Shown piece after piece: positions 1 through 13,481 of a stretch of 64,000 nt of DNA. The stretch comes from Anolis carolinensis (lineage: Eukaryota): contig NC_085846.1 of assembly GCF_035594765.1 (NCBI RefSeq), positions 8,233,190 through 8,297,189 on the forward strand. The letters run 5' to 3'. The stretch's first letter is position 1. Each line of letters opens with the position of its first letter. The position numbers and the translations under genes were made by a program. Under the pieces are notes generated by a model. It saw nothing but the letters and a program-made list of their open reading frames with translations, did not search any database and was not told where the DNA came from.

Positions 1-128
1 TGTAATTAGAAGGAGAAAATATATAATAATGTTAATGAAGAACAATATTATTATCTTGTTTTTCTCTTTCTTCCCCTTCTATCATTAAGCAGGCATCAAC
101 TTATAATAACCCTGAATTTAAGATCAGA

Positions 129-457
129 AGTAAGGTAAAGGTTTCCCCTGATGTTAAGTCCAGTCATGTCTGACTCTGGGGGTTGGTGCACATCTCAATT
201 TCTAAGCCGAAGAGCCGGCATTGTCCGTGGACACCTCCAAGGTCATGTGGCTGGCATGACTGCATGGAGTGCCGTTACCTTTCTGCTGGAGCAGTACCTA
301 TTGATCTACTCACATTGGCATGTTTTCGAACTGCTAGGTTGGCAGAAGCTGGAGTTAACAGTGGGCACTCACTCCGCTCCTGGGATTTGAACCTGGGATC
401 TTTCAGTCTGCAAGTTCAGCAGCTCAGTGCTTTAACACACTTCGCCACCAGGGCTTC
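129..457 (-). mobile_element. Sauria SINE
   Basis: Reverse complement has a tRNA-like head and an (ACCTTT)n tail; closely similar to copies at 25356, 38940, 40900 and 63153. Confidence 0.85.
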
Positions 458-748
458 AAAGTCAGAAAGACACCTGAATTTAAAGTTTTTAAAATTTGTC
501 CTCTATCATTACAACATGGAGTTTGTGCTGACACTTCAAACTATTTGGACAAATAAAGAGTGAAATGATAAGATATATAAAATGATGATCAGATTTAGAC
601 ATCCTTTACTAAGATTATGCAATACAAGAGAAATTTTGGTGTTTTTTTTTTCTTTTCAGAAAGTATGCACCAATTGACTCAAGAAATTACCTGCCTCAAG
701 ATTTCACAAAAATGAGTGGCAGTCTGGAAATAGGCTACAAATCCCTTA

Positions 749-968
749 GGGTGTATGTACACTGTAGAATGGATGCAGTTTGACACCACTTTCTGCCATG
801 GCTGGATTCTATGGAACCATGGGACTTGTAGTTTAGGGAGGTACCAGCACTTTTGGGCAGAGAGGCTTCAACAGATCTTGCAAAACCACAACTCCCATGA
901 TTCCATAGCATTGACTCATGGCAGCTAAAGTGAGGTCAAACTATTATTTTTACAGGGTAGATGCACCC
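749..968. mobile_element. PIF/Harbinger-like palindromic MITE
   Basis: TIRs GGGTG(T/C)AT.TACAC ... GTAGATGCACCC flanked by TTA on both sides (746-748, 969-971). Degenerate relatives lie near 3900-4020, 25690-25890, 28590-28960, 51960-52160 and 59865-60083. Confidence 0.6.
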
Positions 969-2239
969 TTAGTTTCTTGTAATGAAGGCTCATATAAACT
1001 GATATATACAGGTCTGGTACAGAGCTGGTGTCACTGCTTTAAATTCGTTCCAACTAATGTATATTCCTCGCCCTGAAACAGTGAATGGACAGAACACGAT
1101 GGCTGTTATCTAACATGAGGAAGGCAGAAAGCTAAGCAGAGATGAGTGAGTCTCCGTTTGCATGGGAAGAAGAGGGAGCGATGAAAATTGGATCTTTTGA
1201 CTGAATCAGCTATTGATGTGAGCAGGAAGGTAAGGGAGGAAGGAGGAGTCTGGCTCTATGTCTCCTGGAATCAAGGACTGACCCCCACCACACCCTTAGT
1301 CCGGCAGAAGCCGGTTCAGGTTCAGGCACATGAGCAACCCAGAGAGAGAAAAACACAAGAAGAGGGGAGCGGGGAGAGAGAAGGAACTGAGCTGAGGAAG
1401 GGAATGAGAAGCCAAGACGTTTGGTGTGAAAAAATCTCAGCCGGAACAAGGAAACGAGCTTATCAACAACAATCCAAAGGAGAGAAAGCCAGCTGCGATG
1501 AGAGAATAGCCTGGCAAAGAACACTCCAGGGATCTCTTTACAAAACTAGCCAGAAGGAAGATCTAAGATAGTGCTGCTGATTAGAATGACTCTGTGATAG
1601 ACGCGTGGGAGCTGAACAAACAAGATCAAACCAGTCGCTTTCCTTACGCTATTGTGACTCTCCTCCTAGACTTCAGGGGAAACTTTGCAGAAGGAAACGG
1701 TCAAAACGAGAGAAAGAAAGGAATTCCTCGCCATCAGAGGCTGTGATTGGAGCCTCAACCTCATAGACAGGAAGATCAGCTTGGACCAAAAATGGTTAAC
1801 TACTAGCACATATATACCAAAGGGCAATAGAGAGATCCAGCTCAATCTTAGCAGAATTGGTGTGAGAACCAAGGTAGGTTGAACTAGAATTAAGAAAGAG
1901 ATACAAGTAGTTTGGATATCCGAGAGAAGGACTAGTTCTGAAAGGTAATTGGAACACTTTGATTCTCAAAATAGAAGCCCAGTATCAAAGTCTATACAAA
2001 AAAGAACTGCACCCATAAGTCCCAAATTGGACTACAAGAACCATTCTAAACACATTGCTCCTGGGAGGTATACTTTGGACTTTGCATAGGCCCTTTTCCA
2101 AAGAATTTGAGAACATACTTGGATCACCAGGCATAGAACTAGTGTGGCTCAAATTCTGGGAGAACCAAACCCAAAGCCTTAAATCTTGTGGGGGAATCTA
2201 TCACAAGACTTCAGGGTCTGTCTTGGAAGCCAGAACATC

Positions 2240-2366
2240 ATGGAGGATGGAGCACGACGACGAGGTGGTGCTGAGAAGAATTCAACTAACTCAGAAAAAT
2301 CAGATGGCGGTGGTGTTGCACTCAAGAAAGAGATTGGACTGTTGAGCGCATGCGGCATCATTGTGG
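2240..2366 (+). CDS. SLC7A8: LAT2 large neutral amino acid transporter small subunit, coding exon 1
   Basis: ATG at 2240, MEDGARRR...[18 protein letters not shown]; donor G|GTGAGT, phase 1. Confidence 0.95.
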
Positions 2367-5300
2367 GTGAGTGGGGATTCTGGTGGGATATGACTGTTTT
2401 CTTTGAATAAGATAAAATTATATGCTCATCTTTGCTGATCAACAAGAAAGCAGGCATTAGGAGGAGACACTTCGTACTCTTCTGTATTCTGCTTTTTCTC
2501 ACTTAATGAGAATAGAATGGAATATGAAAAGTATTTTCAGTTGCATGTTTTTATCCTGATTTTCAGTTTTAATCACTGCTGCTGCTTTTTGTGTTTTACC
2601 TTTTCTCCTGTCTCTAAACACCTTACAGTTGTCAGTTTGCATTACCACTCTGGTTACAGCTAGTCTTTTCCTCTCTAAAGTAGCTCCAAGGCCAACCTCG
2701 AAACGCCTCCTAACCCTTGCTTGTTTTAGTTCTCTGTTGGAATAAAAACCATTTTCTTGGCCACTTCCCATTTTATGGCACTGTATTACTCCACCCTAAA
2801 TTATTCTACACATTAGAAACCTCTCAATTGCAGGTTCATGTGTCCCACCCTAGGAATGTTGGACCCTGAGCCATCAATGTGTGAAACTTGAATAAACACC
2901 TTTCTTGGCCCAGAATAATTACACAAACAAACAGTGATGCCAGCCAGCAAAGCTGCTTTGCCCCATGGGCTAATAGATCCATGGCAGGCATGTCTTCTCT
3001 GAGTACACAACTGTCCTCTGCCAAAATGTAGATGGGTTTCTAAACTGGACATGCAATTATGTCCTCCAATTAACCCTGTCTCATAGGGAGGAAAGAGAGA
3101 ATTATCATTGGAAGCCTGGGGTGCTATGGCCCAGTGGACTCTGGCTTGAAGGCTACCATCACAGCTGTGCAGGATCAGAGCACATCCTAGTAGTTCTCAC
3201 AGGAGTTTGTTTTTCACTTCAGTGCCTTGGAGTGCCTGCCCTTGGAGTGTTTTTATTCCAGCTCCATCAACCCCACTCCAGATGGCTGTGCTTCAGCAGG
3301 TGCCAGGAGACCACTGAAACAAACACTTTGTGGAATGGAGGAGAAAGCACTATGAGGGACATTTGAAAAACAGGGGCTTCCCTATCCATTGAAGTCTTAC
3401 TAGCACTCCAGTATGCCTAGCTTTAGAGCTCTCCTCTCCTTTCCTGAGCTACAGTACACTAAAAGTGTATCTCTCCATCATGCCATGATAACAAGCAAGT
3501 TAACTGAAAATTTACATTTCAAGCTCTGCTTTTTGAATTCAGTTTCTTGGATAATTATTAAATGGGGAGAGTGGGTGGGTGAAGATGACTAAAGCCTAAC
3601 CTGAGCCTCTATTTTCCCAAAGCAAAGTTCATCTTGGGGTTTTCTTGTATTTCTTTTCTTACTTTCAACCAGCTCATTATTTGTTCCTGACCTCTTCTTT
3701 TGACAGATATATGTCACTCTCTCAGGCCCCTTCTACACTGCCATATAAAATACAAATTATCAGCTTTGAACTGGATTATATGGCAGTGTAGACTTGTATA
3801 ATCCACTTCAAAGAAGATACAGTAGATTATCTGCTTTGATAATCTGGATTATATGGACATGTAGAAAGGGCCTTAGTTTTACCAATTTGACAAGGTCTTT
3901 AGCTTGCTCTGCCAAAGAGTGCCCGTGCTTCATTGAACTATAACATCCATGATTCCATAGCATTGAGCAAGGGCAGTTAAAGTGGTGTCAAACTGCATTA
4001 ATTGTACAGTGTAGATGTATGCATAATGCAACCTGACATTGCCCTGGTGCTGTTTTCAGCTTCAATCCTTTGGCACTGATTCCCAGCTGCAGAGTTTTCA
4101 TTTTCTTAATGAAAAATGGTGAGAACATTTTCTGCCAAAGGATGAGAGAAACAGAATGTATCCACAAAGATGAAATGCTGGGCAGTGTATACTGTGAAGA
4201 TTTGAGCCAACAGTGTAGTGGCATGGACAAATACATAAATAATACCTAGGTGTACAAAAATTGAAAGAGGTGATTTACCTAGATGAATATGTTTATATCA
4301 TAGGTGAGACAATTTGACTTAACTGTTTTTAAAAGTTTGTTGTTGTTATATATTGCTACTATGTATTTCCCATCTCAAAAATACTACTCAGAATTTTTAT
4401 AGCCATTGAACCCAGGACAGGACTTTGTCTTTGCAAGGGCTAACCATGTACTTAGTATAATTACTTTACTATAGGTTCATCTGATCTGGATGCTAATAAA
4501 AGTATAGTAAAGCTGTATCAGATCCTTTAGAGATCAACATCTCTGTTTCTATACCACTTCCTATGATAGCTTGAAGTGGTAGGTAAATTTATTGTTTAAA
4601 AAGGATTAAAATACAAGTGTTAAATATAAATTAAAATTATCTATTCAGCCTTTTAAAAACAGATGTAAACTCAGAACAGTTTACAAATTGAGCAGTAGAA
4701 ACAATAACAATAGTAACTCATCAGATGACTGTCTTGAATTTGTGTTGAATCGTGCCTTAGCTTTATGTGGGTCTGAAAGCAATCAGGTAGAAGGCTCAAA
4801 TTCAAAAACAGCTATGTTGCGAAACATGCTAAACTGTGAATTTTATTTATGTTTGGTCTCCTGTCTGGACACCTACAGTCTCAAAACAGATGATTAAATC
4901 CCAATCCTGTATATATTTACTTAGAATTAAGTGCTTCCTACTGGTAGGAGGTTCCAGTCAACATATGTGACTTAAAATGGAACTCAAAGTCTTGGACTAC
5001 TTAAATGACTGACATCATCTCCAGAAAAAAACTGAGCTGAATCAATAAGTTATGATCTGACAGCTTTGAAGCGTATGCAAGATTTATTCAATATTCCATA
5101 ATATAATTAAAATGGTAACTTTACATGCAGCAGACTTCTATACAGATTAACTTGCCAGCATGACCTATCTTACTGCTAGGGGTGTGATCATAGCATCACA
5201 ACCACAATACTATGTGCTTATTTCTAATGCCCAAGGCATTCGATAACATTTTTCTAAAGTAAGTATGCTTAGCATTACTAGAGAGTAAACTCTTTTGATC

Positions 5301-5852
5301 ACAATGGTACTCATTTCTAAGTAAATAACATTGCTTGGTAAGTTATTTTAAAAGTTTATGTAAACAGTTTAATATTTTCAGTAGTTTCAGTAAAATTCTA
5401 ATCCAGTATAAATATACATAGGATTGTGGCCTACTACAATTTTCTAACATCATACTGAGTATCTCTGGTTTCAGGCAGCCAACAACATATTGACAATAAA
5501 GAAAACAAAATGATTGGTTGTAAAGCAAACTGATGTGAACAGCTTTTGTTTTAAAGTCTTATAAATGCTACACAAACATGAAGTTTCTGATGTGGTTAAC
5601 TAAATTAAGGTATAGGATTTGATTTGGAAAAAAAGCTGTTGACTTCTCTTGTTGATATGGAAAGAGCTGACATTTAAATATCAGTCTAAGTTAACCTTTC
5701 TCATTAAACACGTGGAATACATTACCTTCCTTGGATCAATGTCTTTTAGATTTGCAAAACTCAACAGATATCACATTTCCTGCAGTTTCCCCTCTTATCA
5801 TAAATATTCATGATCTTTTATTTTTGGATCCCTCTGTTGTTTTTTTCTTCAG

Positions 5853-6057
5853 GTAACATAATTGGATCAGGAATCTTTGTGTCGCCAAAGGGAGTGTTGG
5901 AGAATGCTGGCTCAGTGGGTTTGGCGTTGATTGTGTGGATTGTCACTGGTCTGATCACAGCTATAGGAGCACTATGCTATGCAGAACTGGGAGTCACCAT
6001 TCCAAAGTCTGGAGGAGACTATTCCTATGTAAAAGACATCTTTGGAGGACTGGCTGG
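5853..6057 (+). CDS. SLC7A8: LAT2 exon 2
   Basis: ttcag|GT; encodes [22 protein letters not shown]...[17 protein letters not shown] (TM1 GSG motif); donor GG|GTAAGA. Confidence 0.97.
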
Positions 6058-6192
6058 GTAAGAGACAAAAGATATATCTGTGTTGGATGGGCTTGTAATG
6101 GACCCAGTGAATCAAAATGAAAATGGGGTGAGAGTGATGATTTGAAATGAGAAGGATTGGTTGTATTCTTGAGCATCTGTTTATTTTTCAAG

Positions 6193-6344
6193 GTTTTTGC
6201 GGTTATGGATTGCTGTGCTGGTGATCTACCCCACCAATCAGGCAGTTATTGCCCTCACCTTCTCAAACTATGTACTTCAGCCACTTTTTCCCACTTGCTT
6301 TCCCCCAGAAACTGGACTACGATTGCTAGCTGGCATCTGTCTTT
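6193..6344 (+). CDS. SLC7A8: LAT2 exon 3
   Basis: [39 protein letters not shown], including the Cys that links to 4F2hc; donor T|GTAAGT. Confidence 0.97.
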
Positions 6345-6439
6345 GTAAGTATGGAACCCAACTTCTTAGCAATGCATATTCTTCAAAGCAGATAACCTGG
6401 GATCAGATCTTAGGATATAAGGACAGTGTAGAAGGGACC

Positions 6440-7560
6440 TTAAATGCAATCTGTTTAAAGACTTCCAGAAAAAGATAATCTTTCCCCCACCAGCAATTTG
6501 TGTCAAACAACTCTTAGGAAATATAGGTTCTTTGAACTGTTTAGGTGGAATTACCCTTCTTGTAATTTGACTCAAATGGTTTGGGATCTAATCTCTGGAG
6601 GAGCAGAAAACAAGCTTGCTCCATTTTCTATCTATATGATGTCTTTTAGGATCTTTAAAAATGGCAACCATATCACCTCTCAGGTCCCTTCCACACAGCT
6701 GTATAAAATCCACACTGAACTGGACAGAGCCGGCCCTAGGTATTTTTCAAGTGTAGGCAAACAGAATTTTGGCGCCCCCCCTCCCCCAAACCAATCACTA
6801 AAAAATAAAAGCTTTGGATAAGCAAAAATGTTTGATAATAAGGAGGGATTAAGGAAAAGCCTATTAAACATCAAATTACATTAAGATTTTACAAATTAAG
6901 CACTAAAACACCATGTTTTACAACAAATCAACAGAAAAAGCAGTTCAATACCTTGCAGAGGCAGGCCGCAGGAGACAGGAGTTGCCTCGATGGCGCCCCC
7001 AACAAGATGGCCTCTGGAACTGGATTATATGGCATCCAAATATTGTGGATCATCTGCCTTGATATTCTGGGTTATATGGCTGTGTGGAAGGGCTCTTAAG
7101 ACATTTCTTCTCCAAGTTCCCTAAAATTGTTCCTCATAAGGTTTGGTTTCCAGATCTTTTATCACCTTGTCTGCACTTCACTGGACACATTTTAGCTTGT
7201 CACTATTCTTCCTGAACTGCAGTGTCCAGCAGTGGCCACAATATTTCAAGCGAGGTCTGTTGCAAAGCAAAATAGGGTGGTCACTACCACTGACCGTAAT
7301 CAGGACACTCTGCTAGTGATGCCGCCTAGAAGCACATTGTCTTTTTTAACCACAACATCACACAGTTGACTCATTTTTAGCTCCCTAGATCCTTTTCAAA
7401 TGTTCTGCTTTCTAACCAGGATTCACCCACCCTATATCTGCACATTTCATTTTTCCTGCATAGACCTTAGATTTATCTCTGTTGATATTAATTTTCTTTG
7501 TTTTGGCCCACCTCTCTATCTGTTAAGATCATTTTGAATTCTGATCCTGTTTTCTAAGGG
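6440..7560 (-). mobile_element. Degenerate CR1 LINE fragment with nested MITEs (approximate limits)
   Basis: Reverse-complement similarity to the CR1 3' region at 14650-15350 (e.g. AAACAAGCTTGCTCC). Interrupted at about 6682-7097 by Harbinger/hAT/Tc1 MITE pieces. Confidence 0.55.
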
Positions 7561-8018
7561 TCCTTCCACACACACATGTAACTCAGAATATCAAAACAGA
7601 TAATCCACAATATCTGCTTTGAACTGGATTATCCGAGTCCACACTGCCATATAATCCAGCTCAATGTGGATTTTATACAGTTGTGTGGAAGGGGCCTTAA
7701 TTGCAGGAATGATCTCATTTTAGGAAATACTGCACCATACTTTTGAACCCTCTGTCCTCCCGTTCATTCCTGCACAGACCTGCCCACTTTTGTGGTTATG
7801 CATTTACTCCAAGCTTAGTCACTGAGGAGTGGGCAATTTTATACCCAGTAACTCAAAGGATTTTGGGGAGTTTTTATTCTTGCAGAGGTTACTTTAGGAC
7901 ATCAAACACCAGCAAGATCAGGCAGAAACTGGTTTTCTTCCTTTCTTTCCAGACCCACAGCAGGGGGGGAGGGGAAGAAAGATGAGTGATGGCCGGGGAG
8001 AGGTTTTGGCTGAGGCAC

Positions 8019-8100
8019 TTATGCAAGCCAGCTGCTACAGCTCAGCAAGAGCTTATTAATCAGGTCAAAGCCAGTTATTTAGCGCTGAGTCAGCAAAAAT
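8019..8100. promoter_or_regulatory. Candidate intronic enhancer A (C/EBP, E-box, DR1-like, MARE/ARE)
   Basis: TTATGCAA 8019-8026, CAGCTG 8029-8034, AGGTCAAAGCCA 8062-8073, CGCTGAGTCAGCA 8083-8095 followed by AAAAT. Confidence 0.4.
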
Positions 8101-9673
8101 GGAGGAGTATATGTGCATATAACAGAACGGCTGAGAAGAGAAAATCCACATCCCCCCAGACCTCAGAAATGAGGAACTGCTTCTGTCTAAATCTCAAAGA
8201 CTGTAGAGATAGAAAATGATAAAACAGCCTAGATCAGTAAACAGCTGGGAGAATTTGAAGAACGTGATAAAAGAAAGCTCACTGGACTGTGAGTTTTGAT
8301 CAAGGGATACAAAGATATTTTTTATTTATCATCAGAATGTCAGAATAACTTTAAAAGGCAAATTAGCTCAAGGGGAGTCTGCGGCTGACAGTTGGAGGCA
8401 AGCTTTGGGTGGTATCCCTTTGTGCTACAGGCTAAAATTGTGTAGTGTCACCAGAGTCCTGTTAAGCAAATCTTAATCTGTCTTATCTGTATGTCGTAGT
8501 TTCTGCTTCGTATCTGTATGGTGACGCAAGCAACCTAGAAGTGGTCAGAATGTTGTTTTCCTGTACCAGTCTCAGCTTGGTGGCCAAAGAATTGCTTGGA
8601 TAAAATCATGGGAGTTCTAAAAAAAGGAGGCACGAATGCTATGAAGGTGGCATTAATGGTCACTGACCTCTCTGAACCAAGTGCTGAATCTATTTTGAGG
8701 GTAGGAACAGGGTAGCAGGGTGGCTGGTCTGGATCAGCCCCCAGGACAGCCTGTGCTAAAAATTTAGCAACAACTCTGAAACACGCCCTCCTGCAATAGT
8801 GTCATCTCCAAGACTGCGTTCGAAAGAAAAAAAAACACCAGGAAACTGAAACTCACTGGCCTTGTTCCAGTCCTGCTGGGTGCCAGGGATACTGAGAAAC
8901 AAGGGAACTTCCAGGAGTTCAGTCTTTGGGCTGAAACATAATATATTTTTGTCACATTGTAAAGCTCCCATCTCTTAAAAATTTTCCAATAGGAGATAGA
9001 TACCCATCTCCCTCACACAGTACTCCAACATAAATCTTTATGGAATACCATACTCAGATCGAAACATTAATGTTAGATCTATTTCTGGCTCCTCCTAGGA
9101 ACCCATTTTGAAACTCTAGCTAGGCCTAATCTATTCTTGTGATCTCACAGGCAAATCTAGCTCCTGATCTTAGAAGTAAACATATACAGTACTTTGTAGG
9201 GATTTGCTGAAACAAGCCTCAGTCATCATATCTTAACTAATATTGAAAGAGAGATTGTACAAATAGCCTAATTCCCTACTTTGTGCCCAATGTCCTCTAA
9301 TTGTATATAATTGATCTCCTAACCTCAATGCCTAAAGAATCCATATGGTCCACAAACAGTTTTACTCCATGTAATATTTGCTTTGATGTACAAGTGAGAT
9401 AAAATATTTAGAATGTGCATTCAGCATCAGTATATGCAAACTAGTTATTTCTTAATAAAAATAATGCTCCCATTAACTAATCTTTTTCATCATGATGAAC
9501 AAAGATTAGCATGTCCCAACCTGTGTCTTTTCCCATATACAGATTCTCTTTTTATTGGAAAAACGTTGTGTGAAGTTGCCTACAGATGCAAATCCTTTCA
9601 TCTCTCTCTTCCCCCAACCACTATTTCCAAGTTATTTTCTACTAAACTCTAAGTTTCCTGTTTTGACTTGAAC

Positions 9674-9711
9674 TTGTGCAAAAGGGATGCTGAATCAGCA
9701 GGGAAGTTTCC
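9674..9711. promoter_or_regulatory. Candidate intronic enhancer B (C/EBP, MARE, NF-kB/ETS-like)
   Basis: TTGTGCAA 9674-9681, TGCTGAATCAGCA 9688-9700, GGGAAGTTTCC 9701-9711. Confidence 0.4.
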
Positions 9712-11604
9712 ATTTCCTTTTACTGTGTTTAGGTTTGGGAACCTGTTGCCTCTCCCCTCTCTTACTCTGCCCTGCAAGAAAAAAGATGAAAGCAAGAACA
9801 AGAGACTAGAGAGATAATAGAATAATAGCACTGGAGGGTACCCCAAAGGTTATCAATTCCAACCTCCTGAATCTAAATGTTTTTAGCAAGTGACCAGCCA
9901 GTTTCTGGCCAGCCAGTTGTTTTTTTTTTTTTTTTAAAAAAAAACACCAATGAAGGAAAATCTGCCACTTTTGGAAGTAGTCTGTGTCACTCCCAAACAC
10001 CTGTTCTCCTCAGGAATACTTTCTTATATTCAATCAGTGTCCCTCTTTTTTAATTTGAATCCCTTGCTTGAGCACCAGAAATCATATTTTCTTGAGCACC
10101 AGAAAATAAGTTTGGAGGATTATACACTTAGACCTCCCAACAACCTGGATAGATCAGAAAAAAACAAAAACAATATAATTTTTTTCCCCTAACATAGAGG
10201 TCCATGCAGGTGTTTACTTATACTGTTAGGATATGGTTGTCATATGTGACATCTCATGACCTTTTCAGCCTCCTTAAGGATTTCTAGTGTAGCCTGCTTT
10301 TTACACTCCTCAAAAATTGCTGAGTCTCTTCCTCAACTAGAGTAATGTCTAGGGTGGGAGGTTGCTTATCTGTTTTGATAGCTGGGAGTAGACACAGCAA
10401 GAAAGAGTTATGTAAGCTAAATGTCATTTGTTTATTGAATTTAGACTGTTTGCATCTCAAAAATGGGCAACACCTCAGGGATATTTTGTTTTTCACTGTT
10501 TAGTGCCAAATTATGATACAGTTTATCTTCTGTTGTGAAATGCATATACAGCTGACATTTTATGATTGAAAAAGTGTGAGTCGCCAGTAAGCAAAATTTC
10601 CCCCCCACATCACATCTTCTACGCTCAAACACTTTTGCTAAGATAGTTGTGCATATTTTACAAAGGTTTTGCTTGTTTGCATTCATCAAAGAGAAAATTT
10701 GGATGTATTGATAGGTCTTGGCAGTGTTATTGTTCCTGTATGTACACAAGTGAGCAGGCAAAGCTCATGAATGCTGGGAAAACTATTTGTATACTTGAAA
10801 GCCTTTCATCTTCAGATAATATCAAAATGTGTGCATGTATTCTTGTGGGAAGGGTGAAAATGGGGTAGCTTTGGAAATGGAGTAGATGGAATGTCTAATT
10901 CCTTTTTGCTAGGAGCCAGGTGCTCAAAAGGTGGAGACAGGTCCATCCGTCTGTCTGCCTGCCTGCCTGCCTGTCTGTCTGTCTGCCTGGTGGAAGTGCT
11001 GTCTGTGTGCTGCTGGGTTAGTAGGGGCCAGTTTGTCTGTTTGTGCAGATGGGATGTTTTGGTGCAGTCAGGCTGGAAGCCAAATAGGTCACAGCCTCCC
11101 TCTTCTTGTTTGTTTTTCATTCTCTCAGGCCATCCAAGAACATTAATTGGAACCTTGTTTCTTTCCTTTTCATGTATTGCAGTGCACAAATTTAACTCCA
11201 GGTTGCAAACCCCAGCATGGGTCACTGATCCTAGGCTTTATTAGACAATTAGAGAGAGAGAATGGTGGAGTGAATGTCTGTGATCACCTCTACTCAGAAA
11301 AATGGTGTTGCTGCAAATAATTAAAAGTAGAGTATAATTGTGCTGCTATGTTATAGTGAGAGGTAGTGACATAGTACAGATTTTGCTAGGCTATAATCAC
11401 AGCTTGGCTTAAAGCAAAGAAAACAGTAGTTGCCTTTGACCAGCAAGGAGTCCTAGCTAAATGCCAGGATTGTTTCAAATCACATTGCTGCTGGCATTAT
11501 CAAAAGCTGGCCATAAAGGCATGAATCTGACCTTGATTGGGAAATTTGGGTCAGGAAAAGAATACCTACAATCCATCTCTTCACCAACTTCTCCTTTACT
11601 ACAG

Positions 11605-11730
11605 TACTGCTGACCTGGGTGAACTGTGCTAGTGTACGTTGGGCCACACGTGTCCAGGATGTCTTCACAGCAGGAAAACTGCTGGCGCTGGGGCTCATCA
11701 TTGTCATGGGAGTCGTGCAGATCTGTAAAG
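11605..11730 (+). CDS. SLC7A8: LAT2 exon 4
   Basis: tacag|TA; [41 protein letters not shown]; donor G|GTGAGA. Confidence 0.97.
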
Positions 11731-11971
11731 GTGAGATCCAGACTAATCAGGCAAAGTAGGAGCCAGGATCTCCCTAACATGCTCTACTTGTTCACTCAGG
11801 GGGAATAAGCTCCACGGTTTAAAAACCTCAATTCTCTAATAAGCTGATTTAGAGAGTTGATTGGTTTCCATAGTTTCCTGCCCTAGTTGGCACTGAAAAG
11901 TGCAAGAATTAAGAGAGAGAAAGAGAACAATCCACATCTACCAGCCTAATGAATCTTTTTTCTCTCCACAG

Positions 11972-12125
11972 GTGAATACTTCTGGCTGGAGCCAAAACAT
12001 GCCTTTGAGTTCTTCCAGACGCCAGATGTGGGACTGGTGGCACTCGCCTTTTTACAGGGCTCTTTTGCCTACGGGGGCTGGAACTTCCTCAACTATGTCA
12101 CAGAAGAGCTTGTTGACCCTTATAA
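11972..12125 (+). CDS. SLC7A8: LAT2 exon 5
   Basis: cacag|GT; [12 protein letters not shown]...[27 protein letters not shown] (TM6); donor AA|GTGAGT. Confidence 0.97.
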
Positions 12126-12218
12126 GTGAGTAAGGGACATTCTAATAGAAAAGAGGGGTTAGAGGGCCCCCCTTCATACTTGTTTCTCCTCTTCCACCTC
12201 AACTCTTTCTCTACACAG

Positions 12219-12342
12219 GAACTTGCCTCGTGCCATCTTCATCTCCATTCCCCTGGTCACCTTTGTCTACGTCTTCGCCAATGTGGCTTATGTCACTGCC
12301 ATGTCACCCCAAGAGTTGCTGGCCTCTAATGCTGTTGCAGTG
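12219..12342 (+). CDS. SLC7A8: LAT2 exon 6
   Basis: [41 protein letters not shown]; donor GTG|GTGAGG. Confidence 0.97.
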
Positions 12343-12442
12343 GTGAGGCCCCATATCTATCCCATTGTGCAAATTCCCTTTCTTCCCAGGGTTCCAAATG
12401 AGATCACAGCTAATAACCTATTCTTTGTTCATTTCCTCATAG

Positions 12443-12546
12443 ACCTTTGGGGAGAAATTATTAGGTGTCATGGCTTGGATCATGCCCATCTCTGTTGCCC
12501 TTTCCACCTTTGGAGGAGTTAATGGATCACTCTTCACATCCTCTAG
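12443..12546 (+). CDS. SLC7A8: LAT2 exon 7
   Basis: [34 protein letters not shown]; donor AG|GTAAGT. Confidence 0.97.
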
Positions 12547-13384
12547 GTAAGTTAAGATTACTTTCAAACAGACATAACAAGAGCTATCCTGGATTAAACC
12601 AAAGGTCTGTGTCTAGTGCATTCTGTTTACACAGTGGCCAATCTATTGCTATGGGAAGCCCATTAGAAGGACAGAAGTACAATTGAAGCTCCCATTTCAT
12701 GCAACTCCCAAAAACTGATTCTAGAGGTGTTAATACCAGAGGTGACAAATAGCCATCCTGACTAGTAGCCATCGATGACTCCATCCTTTAGGAATCTATC
12801 CTGTTGCCTTTTGAAACCATCTAAAATGGCAGCCATCACTACCTCTTGTAGCAGGAAGTTCCTATAATTTATGTTAATTTCTCATTCTTTTTTGGCTTTA
12901 GTTTGATTAGAGTGAGGAGCCCCCTTTATACCTTCTGTACACCATGCATAGTTTTTCACTGTTCTATCATGTTTCCTAAAGCTTTGTAATGTTCCCTTAC
13001 CCCCCACCATGGATACTTTTGGTTGCACTCTTTTGCACAATTTCTAGTTGTGTGATTTTTTTTAGGTGCAGTGGCCAGAATCTTGCTCCTTTATAAGTTC
13101 CATATCTTGAAGTCTCCAGCTTTCAGGTTCTTTTACAGTGCCCACCACCCACAGCTACACTGCCCCCCATGTATTTATAGTGCTGCCATTCTGAACGTGC
13201 TGTGATATACCACCTACATTAGGAATTGAGAAATACTGTGGCATCTACCTATTTTCTAGTCTTTCTTGAGTCACAGTCTTCTTCAGAGTGTGTTTTCATA
13301 TCTTCCCTAGTGTGGATTAAAATAGATCAACAATTTTACATGTCCCTGTTTGTATTTCTGATAACATCTTTCCATCATTCCCAG

Positions 13385-13481
13385 GCTCTTTTTTGCTGGA
13401 GCACGGGAAGGCCACCTCCCCAGCGTACTGGCTATGATTCATGTGCGACGCTGCACTCCCATCCCTGCCTTACTCTTCACT
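13385..13481 (+). CDS. SLC7A8: LAT2 exon 8
   Basis: [32 protein letters not shown]; donor ACT|GTGAGT. Confidence 0.97.

Noticed and set aside
151-563. ORFs such as MECRYL/FPARAVPIDLLT recurring at 183, 25340, 39075, 40879 and 63443
   Set aside because: They are chance translations of Sauria SINE copies, not a gene family.
1188-2239. ORFs and several ATGs upstream of the SLC7A8 start
   Set aside because: No recognisable protein similarity. Probably promoter or long 5' UTR, and uORF status cannot be judged without a TSS.
10930-11100. (CTGY)n tract and ORFs in SLC7A8 intron 3 as an alternative first exon
   Set aside because: Low-complexity sequence with no convincing donor or start.
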